DNA of 60,270 nucleotides, filler included, from Dugesia japonica (Eukaryota): the NCBI GenBank assembly GCA_001938525.1. It is 6 parts of 6 records of this genome, joined end to end, with 100 filler letters (N's around TTAATTAATTAA, not from the genome) between each part and the next. Parts side by side here need not be neighbours in the genome. Positions count along the whole stretch, not along the records: positions 20,910 to 31,983 come from MQRL01588010.1; positions 32,084 to 41,872 come from MQRL01592817.1; 4 more parts are not named here. One strand, given 5' to 3'. This document shows positions 26,100 to 37,760 of the stretch, one piece after another. The position numbers were made by a program, and so were the translations under genes. Below the pieces are notes generated by a model. The model was not told the origin of the DNA. It saw only the letters and a program-made list of their open reading frames with translations, and did no database searches. The stretch's first letter is position 1, and each line of letters opens with the position of its first letter.

Positions 26100-26720
26100 G
26101 TGTGCCGTCGCCTATTTGCATTAGAAAAATCTTATATCACCTATGTAATAATCCGATTACGTCAACAGAGGGTTCCTACACAGGTGATACAGTGCAACAC
26201 TATCTACCAACTTTTATGGCAAATAGATTTGATGACAATGATATCTAATTCGAGAATTAATAAAGGATACAAGTATATTTTGAAATGTGTTGATGTATTT
26301 AGCAGATTTTTAAGAGTTGTACTGATAAAATCGAAATCTGCAAATGAGATGGAAGCTGCAGTCACAACAATCTTTAAAGAGGGACATCCAGATAATTTTC
26401 AAACTGATTTGGGAAAAGAATTTTATAATTCAAATCATCTCAAGATTAATCATTATTCTGTATTTTCACAATACAAACCTGCATATGTTGACAGATTTAA
26501 TCAAACATTGAAAAATTATTTTATATATACTGGTAATAAAACCTGGATACATGTATTACCGAAAGTAATCGATATTTGTAATCAAGCAAGTCATAGAAGA
26601 TTAAATGGAGCAAGACCTGTTGATATTACATCTGATAAATCAATGAAACTATGGCTTTTGAGACAACAACCAAAAGTAATCAAGAAACCAAAATATAAAG
26701 TTAACCATAGAAGAAAAAGA
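26100..26720 (+). pseudogene. Polinton/Maverick rve integrase
   Basis: WQIDLMTM..NKGYKYILKCVDVFSRF..KSKS..FQTDLGKEFYN..HYS..VDRFNQTLK..W..LP. Confidence 0.9.
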
Positions 26721-26723
26721 AAA

Positions 26724-27733
26724 ATGAGCAAAATAAATAATTTCTACACATTATTACTGAGTAATAGTTGTCCACGTATTCATTTGATAATGAATTCATT
26801 GTTGTACTTGAAGATCCTATTTATTTGAATGAACAAGAGAAAGTGGACTTGATGGACTTTACCTTTATTTATCATGTTTTCAATTATTTAACACATCATA
26901 CATCAAATATGTAACATGTGAAGATTATGAAAAGAATGTAGAAATCATAATCAATAACAAAAAAATCATTAAGGATTTATGATGTTGGCATTAACGTGAT
27001 TGATGAAAGATCATTGTCAATAATATTTAAACATCATGATTATGTTGTAATATTTGACAATTTAGAAGATGCCAAACGATTTTGATTTAATACTTTAAGA
27101 AATAATATAGATTTGATTTCTAACATACAATATCAAGATTTTAAAAATGATGATTCGATTGATGTTGTGAAAATGAAAATAGTGTTTTCAATAGAAACTA
27201 ATAAATTCATATCTTTAAAAAACGAATATTACATATCGAATTTGAATCAATTTGGTAGTTTCATCACAAAAGTGTGCAAGTATATTTTCAAAACACTTAC
27301 TATAAAAAATGATGAACCATTCCAATTTTCGTTGTTGGAAAATGTTAAAAGTGTTACTTTCGATAATTTTTTGGCAAAATCATTAGGTTTAGACAGACAA
27401 ACATTTACTCGGGATTATAGAACTATAGTCCATATTGAAGTCATTGGTGTTAAATATCCAAAATTAATTACTTATCTTCATCAAATGTCCATCTATAGTA
27501 ATAAAGTGGAACCTATAATTGTTGGTGATGTTAATGTTCCTTTGTTGAAATCTGTATGGTTGGAGAATTATGAAGATGATAAAGTAGCTCAGATAATAAT
27601 CAAGAATCACATGTATTTATCAGTTGCCACTTTATGTATAAACAATATAGAAATCAATATCCGAAGTGATAGTGGAGAATTAACTTTGCGAAAGAGTCAA
27701 AAACTCATTTAACTCTACATTTTCGAAAAGTAA
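26724..27733 (+). pseudogene. Polinton minor capsid (penton/PX)-like protein
   Basis: N-terminal FYTLLLSNSC; C-terminal IYSNKVEPIIVGDVNVPLLK..Y..V..INNIEINIR..G and, after a frameshift, TLHFRK. Confidence 0.7.
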
Positions 27734-27871
27734 ATGTCTAATCCCGATATTATTAAACTTAATAGTACTAAAATAAATGTTTTTTACTTAAAAGATATTA
27801 TTAAAAATATAAATTCATATATCAAAATAATATAAATAATTATTAACTACAATTAAATAATATATTCTTAC

Positions 27872-28150
27872 ATTTTCACTGCCATTACGTTCATTATCCA
27901 TCAAATTAATTTTTCTATAATAATTAATTTTAAATATATTAAATGGAATTTTAAAAAAATAAAAATACCTTTCTTCCTCAATAAATCTTCCAGAAAACTT
28001 TTGAAATTCTATATCCTTTGAATTCGGTATCCTTTAAATAATAATTTATAAAACAATAAATAAATTTTAAAAAAATACCTCGTTCCATCTTCATTATTAA
28101 ATACCGTAGATAACTTTTGAGATTCCATTGCATCGATTGAATTAAGTGAA
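27872..28150 (-). CDS. Three short spliced exons of an unidentified gene or pseudogene
   Basis: Exons 28079-28150, 27969-28031 and 27872-27914 have AG/GT borders and splice into an open frame: SLNSIDAMESQKLSTVFNNEDGTRIPNSKDIEFQKFSGRFIEEERKINLMDNERNGSEN. Confidence 0.5.
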
Positions 28151-28370
28151 CTGAATAAAATTTGTAAAAAAAATATTAAACATTAGAATTAAAAAAGGTT
28201 ACTTTTTTCCAACATCATTTTTAGAAGTATTTATTTTCGTTAGAAAATTATTCAATAACCAAAAAAATGATAAGTGTTATGATTTAAATAGTTCAAATAT
28301 CAATAAAGCTCGATTTTGAACTTTATCAATAAAGTAAAAATTCATCATAATAATATTAAACATAATTGTA

Positions 28371-28680
28371 AGTAGGTAGATAGTAGCGCACTAGGCCACA
28401 CCTCCCCCGCCATCAAGGTCAAATTGGCCTGATATACTCTTATCTGATTGGTTGAAACTTTCTTTTCAAGGTCAAAGTGGCTCATTATACTCGATTTTGA
28501 TTACCTGAGCAATTTCAAGGTTGAATTTTTATGGTAAAAGTGGCACATTATACTCAATTCTGATTGGTTGAAATAATTCATGGTCGATTTTTCAAGGTCA
28601 GATTGATTTAGTGTACTCAGTTCTGATTGGTGAAATATTTAAAAAAATAAGGTCGAATTAAAGTAGGCCAGGCTAATTTC
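28371..28680 (+). mobile_element. Polinton-type terminus with ~55-65-bp internal repeats
   Basis: Starts AGTAGGTAGATAGTAGCGCAC, like the 9631/10042 TIRs; four AAGGTCA..TACTC..CTGATTGG-type units follow. Confidence 0.6.
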
Positions 28681-30517
28681 CGTGAAAACTATTTGTAGGT
28701 CAATATCAACTATCATTCGTACTGGCTTAATATTTACCCTAACCCCTAATCCTCATGCAGACTTAATATTTTTTGTTTAAATTTATTGATTTTTATGATT
28801 TCTTTAAATTTATTGATTTTTGAGATTTTTATTTAATTTAAGTGATTTCATGATTTTATAAATTTTTCATAGAAAATCGATGGGGAAACCTTTTTTGCTT
28901 AAATTTTCAAATTTTGATGTAAATTTCCCTCAAGCCATATTAACATCAATATTAATCGCCCCCGGTAATATTAGGATTAGATGCTTCTCAGTCAATGTTA
29001 AAAATAATATATAAAAAACAAATTATAAGGCTAATCAAAATATAAAATTTATTGTTGATAAAAAATAGAAAATCACAGTCAGTATAAACAGTTATTTAAA
29101 TNNNNNNNTTAATTGTAAATTAGATTTTAATATTACACATTAATTAGTTTTAATAACAAAATAAATTACCTGGAAATGTGCTTCTTTTCATAATAATTAA
29201 GTTATATCATACAGCTAAATCACAGAGTTCAATTAAAATCATTAAATTAAGTAAAAATTATTAAGTTAAAATTTGATAATATTATGTAAAGTTTAAATCA
29301 TTACAACAAAAATTATAATGATAGTTAACTTAAAAATGTAAATAAAATAATTACAATAAAAATTGCAATGAAAATATAATCAAATTAAAATAAAATCATA
29401 AACTAATAATTATTAAAGAAATTTATTAACCTAAAATTCAATCTTAATAAATCTAACCTCTATTCATAAATTCCTTTGTCATATTACCCGAAATTTCTTT
29501 AGACACATCATTTATTATTTCAGTCTAAAATATAAATCAATAACAATAAATTAATTAATTATAATTAACATATTAACGCTTCTCGTCATGTTTATTGTAG
29601 TATTTTTCTTTGAATTCATTTTGTTTGTATCTAAAATTAAAAAACAATCATTAAAAAAAAATAAACAAATTAATAGTCACTTACTTTGTAATTGAATTAT
29701 GAAATAATGAGGAATTATGGATTTTCAAGGTTATCTACCATTTTATTTATTTAACTCAGTTAAACAAAAATAAATAAATGATTTCTATATAATAATAATT
29801 AATTATCNNNNNNNNNNAATTTAATATACCTAAACAAAAATTAATTTAATATTAATTTAAAATGTATTAATTAGAACCTTATTAATTAAAATCTTATGAA
29901 CTTAAAAAACATTTTCAAACCAATAAAATCTTAAAAAACTCTATAGAAATAAATAAATCTATATAATTATTATAATTTCATTCGTGTTGCATTGTCTTTG
30001 TATACATTGCATTCATGTTACTAGGGGAACATAATAGCATGTCATCCCCCTACCCCAGCCCGTCAAAAAAATAATTTTTTTGTTTTATTTTAATTACTGT
30101 GTGATTTTTGTGGTATTTTAAAATTTCTTTTAATTTTATCTATTTTTTTAATAAAAATATTTTTTATTAATTTATTTTTTATTTTTTTTGAATTTTTTTA
30201 AGCGGTTACTTCTATGCAATTTTTGAAATATTTTTTGACATCTGTGTAGTTTTTAAAATTTTTTGGAGACTTCTATGTTATTTATAAAAAAGTGTAATGA
30301 CTTTTATTTAATTTTTGAAATATTTTAACAACATCTATGTAATACAAATTGAAATATCTTTTTAGGATAACACACAAAAGACAATAATGAGAAAAATTTA
30401 TTTAAATCACACACATTTTCTTTATTACACATTTAAAAATTCAATCAATATCAGTCATTTTTTTATCTTTTATTTCCTCATTGGACTATTAATCAGTCAT
30501 TTTTCACTAATCATATC

Positions 30518-30810
30518 CTAATTTGTACTTTTGTCAGGCATTACTTCATCAGAAATATCATCATTTAGAGGCGTATCAATTATTTCCTCATCAATAATGA
30601 CATCATTTGGTTGTGCACCAATCTTTTTCTCGGTAATAATATCATCATTTGGTTGAGTATCGTTTATCTTTTCCCTTGATGTTGCATCTATTTCACCCAT
30701 ATCTACATCATTTTCTGGAAAATCATCTACTTTTAAATAACTATATGGATAAATATTAGTTATTATTATTATTATTACCTTGATCCGATGAAGTTATTTG
30801 TTCAATCATA
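30518..30810 (-). CDS. Short spliced acidic ORF with ~14-aa repeats, unknown function
   Basis: MIEQITSSDQ/GT intron AG/..DDFPENDVDMGEID..QPNDDIITEKKI.AQPNDVIIDEEIIDTPLNDD. Confidence 0.35.
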
Positions 30811-30959
30811 TCGTTTATAATATTATACAAATGCATTACTAATCAGTTGTCAAATTTCTATTAGTATTTTGTTTATCTTACATTTTTGTTGTTTAACATG
30901 TATTTATGATGCACACGTGGATTAATATGTATTAAATTTTAATACTTCCCCGGGAACCT

Positions 30960-31559
30960 ATAATATTAATATTTTAAATAGATGAATATATCTACTGTAC
31001 AATGTGTATTAGATGACTATATTGGGTTTATTGTACGTATTTACCTGCATGTATAGGGTTTATTGTATCTTTTAACTAGTTTAATTGATGTATTTGTATG
31101 TATTTAATGTTATTAGGTTTATTGTGAGTGTATTATATGAAATTATTAGGTTTTTTGTATGCATTATATGACTATATTGAATTTAATATGTAGTTACTAC
31201 TTTATAGGAATTATTGTATGGAATTAAGAAACTCTTTTGGGTTTAGTGTGTGTATTATATAAATATATAAGATTTTTAGTGTGTATCATACCCGTTGAAT
31301 TTATTATGTGTATAATACCCATTGATTTCATGTGTGTAAAAAGTCTATTAGGTTTTTTGTATATAAGGTATTAGGTTTTTAGTAAGTATAAAACCAATTA
31401 GTTTTCTGTGTATAAGACTATATTAGATTATTTGTGTGCATTTAATGACTCTATTAGTTAATGTTTTGTATTATATGTATTAATGGGTGTATTTTATGTA
31501 TTAAATACCTTATTTGGTTTCTTGTATGTATTATATGACTCTATATGGGTTAATATATG
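30960..31559. repeat. Degenerate ~30-bp tandem repeat
   Basis: Recurrent TATTRGGTTTATTGTRTGTATTATATGACT-like units. Confidence 0.65.
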
Positions 31560-31983
31560 TGTTGGGGTGAAACACCGGATTAATGCAAAGAGAATGGCGT
31601 AAGTAAGCACAAAATTCGAAAATTCTACACAAGAAAGGAAAATGAAGAAATCGGACCCAAGAAAAGCATAATCTGGTTGGAGAGAAGAATGACGAAAGCC
31701 AAAATGGGACTCGAAGGCTAAAACTCGTGCGAAGGATGAATGAACTAGAACTTCAACAGGAGATAACGAGGAAATGAAAAAGCCAGCAAAGTAAAGAAGC
31801 GGTAATCCGAACAACAAAAATAATAAACAATGGCCAAGAAACTGATTCAATAATTAAAAAAGAAGGAAATAATGAAAAGGAAAATCAAGATTGGTAATCA
31901 AAACCAACTAAATAACCGAAATTACAGCAAGAAACAATTTAGAAATAAGTAAACCAAAGAAGAAAAAGTAATAGAAGCTGTGA
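31560..31983 (+). mobile_element. 5' part of TGTTGGGG LTR family copy
   Basis: Highly similar to 33775-34190; truncated by a gap. Confidence 0.85.
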
Positions 31984-32859
31984 NNNNNNNNNNNNNNNNN
32001 NNNNNNNNNNNNNNNNNNNNNNNNNNNTTAATTAATTAANNNNNNNNNNNNNNNNNNNNNNNNNNNNNNNNNNNNNNNNNNNNAATTTATTCGCGCAGCA
32101 GTATAAGAACGAGAAAAACAACACAGATTATTATTGAGAATGAAAAATGATTGTTATTATGAAAAAATCTCAATAATAAATTTATATAGATGAAGATTCT
32201 AATGAGATTCGGACTAAATTATTATTATTATTATTGATTTACTTTTAGTGATTAAATCCGCTAAATTAGTTAGTTAGTCAGTTTTGTCTACGACCATTCT
32301 TCTTGTAATTTTGTTTATTTGTTTACAGTTAGTTTTAGGCTGAAACAGTTTAATTATTAGTGTTATAATGGATGAAATAAAGACGTAAGGAGAACCGCTA
32401 ACAATGACTAATGTAACAATTATTAATAATCTCGAAGAAAAATATGATGACAAATAATTAAATTATTATTAATCGAGAAGAAATTCAGAAAATAATTATA
32501 AATGATATAAATGAAAAATAATTAACAAATGAAGATAATAAAGAAAAATATTAATTAATAAGTGCATAAAAAGAAATTTCAATTGACCAGAAAAATGAAA
32601 AAATGGTAAAACTTTGCTCCTGATAGCTCAAAAACAACGGGACAAGAAAAATTGAACAGTTTATAATAAGGAGAATTCGATTTTGTTAGAGGGAAAATGA
32701 TAAATTTTTCAGGAAAGCTTAGAAAGGGGTTTAACTATTAGGCCAACTTGAATCGCTCGCAGAGATAACCCGGTCGTAACATGACCGTGAGAATAAACTG
32801 GTCGGTAAAATCTTAACCTTGAGAAAGAGAACCCCTTTAGACCCTTATTTTTGTCTTAT

Positions 32860-33330
32860 ATTTCCTCGGTGATGTCGGATAAAGTCAATTTTTGAATGAT
32901 TTAGAGTAATTTTTAGTCGAATATTTTCTAGGGAATGGAAAATTCAGGTATATTTTGTTTGATTTGGTCAAAGGTTTTCTCCGGTTGGTCAGTTTGGATG
33001 ATCCTTTGGGGATTTCGTCAATAATTTACTCATTTTAGGTAATATTGGTCAATTATTTTCTCAGGTTTCGTTAATTTGGTTAATTTTTGGATGGTTTGGT
33101 TAAATTATTTCCTCGGGAATAGTTAATTTGGGTTAGTTTTTGACTATTTGGTCAAATATTCTTCGGTATCGTAAATTTAGGTAAAATAGGGTGAAATCAA
33201 TCAAATTTTTACTCGGGAATGGTCAGTTTGTGAAATCTTTGAATAATCGTAGTCCACTATTTAGTCACAAGGGTCAGTTGAGTGATATTTTCCTAGGGCT
33301 GGTCAGTTTTGGTAGGTTTTTAAAGACATT
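32860..33330. repeat. Degenerate TTTGGTCAA-rich tandem repeat (similar tract at ~53960-54330)
   Basis: Recurrent GGTCAA/GGTCAG motifs. Confidence 0.5.
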
Positions 33331-33774
33331 CATGTGAAAGATCAAATTTATTTCAATTTTCAAGTTTTTAAAAAAAAACCTTGTTTGGATCAGAGATAAT
33401 TAAATAAGTATTACTTGATTGTCAATGTGTTGGTCTAAGGGTTGAAAATACCAATAAATTTTAATGTAGCCTATTGAATATATCTAATTTAATGGTCTTA
33501 TATTCAATGATACACCAATATATCCATAATAAAACCCATTTTTCTTGTTAAAACCAGTATTTTTATGATAAAACACCTGTTTTCCATTAAATCTACATTT
33601 CCACGATAAATCTTATATTTACCATTACCAAACCCACATTTCATGATAAACCCACGATTTTTATTGATAAGAGCATAAATTGATCTTTTAAAACGAATAC
33701 TTTCAATGTTGAGATCAATATTTCTAATAATAAGATCAGTATTTTCTATGTTGAATTATTATTTTTCAACATTG

Positions 33775-35396
33775 TGTTGGGCTGAAACACTGGATTAAGG
33801 TAAATAAAATGGCGTAAGTAAACACGAAATTCAAAAAATCTACATAAGAAAAGAAAATGAAGAAATCAGACCAAAGAATCTAGTTGGAGAGAAGAATGAC
33901 GAAAGCCATAATGGGATTAGAAGGTCAAAACTTGTGCGAAGGATGAAAGAAATAGAACTACAGCAGGAGATAACGAGGAAATAAAAAAGCTAACAAAGTA
34001 AAGAAACGGTAATTCGAACAACGAAAATAATAAACGATGGCCAAGGAACTGATTCATTAATTGAAAAGGAATAGATAATGAAAAGAACAATCAAGATTGG
34101 TAATCAAAACCAATAAAATAACCGAAATTACAACAAGAAACAACTCAGAAATAAGTAAACCAAAGAAGAAAAGAAGTAATGGAAGCGGTGGCAGGACGAC
34201 AAAAAAAATAATCATTTCATTAGGCAAAATCAAGAAAATCACATTGAATTAGACTAAATGAAAGAAAGAATTAACTAAATTAATTAATCAATAGAAGAAA
34301 AACAATGAAATAAAATTAAAGTTAATCAGAAAGAACAAAGAAATGAACACTTAATTAAAATGTACAACGAAAATAAAATAAATCATAAGAATTAAAATGA
34401 TTTATTTTAAAAAGAAAATTAAATTTTCTACAAAAAACTAAGAANNNNNNNNNNNNNNNNNNNNNNNNNNNNNNNNNNNNNNNNNNNNNNNNNNCCAAAA
34501 TTATTAATTTAGAAAATTCTGATCAAGAAAAAATCGGGGAATTCGAAAATTAAGGTAAGAAAATCATGCCAAAGATGGGAAAGAAGTTATAATGGTTTGA
34601 ATGTTGACCGATAATGTTTAAATCCTAAAATAACCACCAATAAAAAGAAAGCATGTGACCATCTGGCCAATAAAAACGCCAAGAATTTATACCCACCAAT
34701 GAATGGAACGAGGGTGTAAAGAGAAACAGTGTATACCGTTCAAATTTTAGAAAACTGACACCAAAAAATAATTCTTAAGTGAAAATTCATACACAACCGA
34801 ACCTCAAGGAAAAAATCAATTTTAATCAATCTTTATTATTGGAAGAATTACCGAAAATCGAGAATATCCACGGTAAATATTTAACCATATAAAATTTGGG
34901 TTGCAACNNNNNNNNNNNNNNNNNNNNNNNNNNNNNNNNNNNNNNNNNNNNNNNNNNNNNNNNNNCCCGATGTGCTTGCTCCGGATCGAGTTTGCAGTCC
35001 ATGTTAGTTTATTTTTATTCATGTAATTCTATGTAATGGGTGAAATTAATAATAATATAACTTTTCACAACCGGATTTTCTTTTTATTTATTATGGTTTT
35101 ATTTTATTCCCTTTTTAAACTGACACCAGTAACTAAAATCAACTGAGTAGTTATCAAAATTTAGCGAGTACTACGAAATATGAACCCAAACCAAAGGGGT
35201 GCGAGTCTGTACTCGAGCTACGAGGCAACGGCACCATCCCGAAGATCTGGATTTGTTTTTTTTTTGGGGACACCAGATTCAAATTCATCGCATGGTTTTA
35301 CCGGGTCAATTACCCTAGACTAAATTTCATATAAAGTTCCATCGCCTTAGATGTAATCATATAATAAATCAACCCATCTAAGGTAAAACCCCAACA
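33775..35396 (+). mobile_element. Solo LTR (~1.6 kb including gaps) with 4-bp TSD ATTG
   Basis: TGTTGGGCTGAAAC...GTAAAACCCCAACA termini, with ATTG at 33771-33774 and 35397-35400. Confidence 0.9.
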
Positions 35397-35993
35397 ATTG
35401 TATTTGAATCTTGCTTATTAAAATAAAAAAAGAAACCTTTAAAACATAAGAGCAAACAGGGTTGCTAATGAGCACACAAAGAAGCAGAAGAATAACCATA
35501 TGATTGAAATTTACTGAAATAGTTATTTTATTTTAAATAAAAAGTATATCATACTAGGTCTCACTCAGTCTTATTGCCTTCTTTTATCACTAAATATCAC
35601 TTTTTAAAGATTAGTGATGTGAGGTCAATGAAAATATGAAATAAAAAGATGCATTAAAACCCAATAGAAAAAATAGCTAAATTAGAGTTGAGGAAAATTT
35701 AATATTAAAAACATTAGTAAGAAATCGTTTTAATATTCACAAAAATAAGATTAATAAATTACCGTAGATTATTAAAGTTATAATTACTAATTAGAAAATT
35801 ATAATTGTTATCCTACCAGAGTTTATAACCTTTGATTTAAGTAGGTAACATTTAGACGACAACCTATGTGATTAACTGTTACGATTTATTCTGAGTAGTA
35901 TTTTGTTGTTGTATTATTTTTATATATAAACACCTTTTAAGGTTCGTAGTTGTGTTTTTTTAATAAATAAATTTTATGACTAAAGTTTGCTAC

Positions 35994-36263
35994 CAATTGC
36001 AATTATTGCAAGAATAATTGTTGGACGTGAACATTGATCGTTTTTTAGAATTCATTTAAAATAAAAGCTTCAATCAAAAATTTTTATTGTTTTTTTGAGA
36101 TTGATTCGATATTTCGACTTTGTCTTTGTCAGGAATTGACTTTTTCCTGAAATTCTTTTTCAAATTACTTTTTCAATTCCTGACGAAGGCAAAGTCGAAA
36201 TATTGAATCAATCTCAGAAAAACAATAAAAAAAATTTTGACCGAAGCTTTTATTTTAAATGAA
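35994..36263. mobile_element. Inverted pair of Penelope-like pseudo-LTRs, each with a hammerhead motif
   Basis: ~90-bp inverted arms (36051-36139 / 36173-36263); hammerhead motifs at 36102-36138(-) and 36174-36210(+). Confidence 0.8.
36174..36210 (+). ncRNA. Minimal hammerhead ribozyme
   Basis: CAATTC-CTGACGA-A-GGC/AAA/GTC-GAAA-TA-TT-GAATCA. Confidence 0.7.
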
Positions 36264-37760
36264 AACTTTATTATTGTAATACTTAGCTAATAGTAATTAT
36301 AATAACTAAATAAATTAATTATATTAATTCTACTAGTAATCAAAGAACTTTTAAAAACTAAGCTATTAAAAAAATACTGTTATTAATATTAATCTGTTCT
36401 ATAGGAAATTTTAGAAAGGCCATTATCCCCTAACATGAGTAAATATAGATAAATATATCTAAATAGTTTTAAATTATGGGAAATGGTGAGAAATAAGTGA
36501 AAATATAGTTAAAAACGGTTAAATAAGGGTAAATCGGGAAAATAGGGGGTAAATGATGAAAAATGACTAAAATATGGGAAATGGCGGGAAAATAAGTGAA
36601 AATTAAGCTTATTAAATGACTGTGTATAGAAAAAAGGCAGTATAATTATTGACTAGATATATTCTTTTTAATATTTTCTATGTCCAAACTCATATTTTCT
36701 AATGGTAAAATTTGTATTTTCTATGATAAATTCCTAGTTTTTCTTCGATGAAACTTATATCTGATAATTAGGTATTTAAAAGAAAATGAAACCCATGAAA
36801 ACCGAAAAGCATGCAGGGTTGTAAAAATGTACGCAGAAAAACCGATGAGCAAGTAAAGATGAAGGCAAATAGTGAAGTAATTTTATTGAAAGGAATACCT
36901 CTGTTTCACAAGATAAAGCTATTATTTTTCATTTTGAAGCAATATCGAACTCAAATTGGAACTTAAACTAGCTTCTTTATCCAGTAAAATGAACCATATC
37001 TTATTAATAGAAGCTTGTCTTATTACATAATCATTCAATAAATTAAACCAATTGCCAAATTACAAGAAAAACAATGGGAAAGGAACTTTCTCAAACTTTG
37101 CTTAAGTGCGCACACATACCGCATACAAAATAGCGAAGAGTGTGCAAAATATTTTGTAAAATTTAAAAACTTGGAACTTTACACATTAAAGTATGTTTAA
37201 AAATAGACTATATAATCAACTTACAAAGTTGAAAATATCAATTAATTTTGTAATTATTTTCAAAATCCTAATTTGGAAAATGTTTTAAATCATTTAATAA
37301 ACTGTGTTTTTATATGACTGCATGCTTATTGTTTATCAATAATTTAATGTCTTAATTTAAGTTAGTAAATTTATTGAATTATTCAGTTTTGATCAAATTT
37401 AATTTAAATTATTAAAGTTGATTAAATAAATTTTGGATAATAAATTTGGTATGATATGCATTTGAAGAATTTTTAATGAAATTAATTACTAAATTTAATT
37501 TTCTGTAATAAAATTTGAATTATTTTGATTTTAATAATTTGTAATAGAATATTTGAAATACAATATTTATGTTGTATATTTTCAATGTGTTTTCTCTTTT
37601 TAACAAATATTTTTCATTCAATATTTTTTTAAAAATTAATCAGTGTAAATTATATTAAAAATGTCATTGTTGTAATATATTATTTAAATTAATTTTTATA
37701 AATTTATGGTCAATTTGTTTAAAGCTTCCAATATACTTAAAATTTATAAATGTTTTTAAA

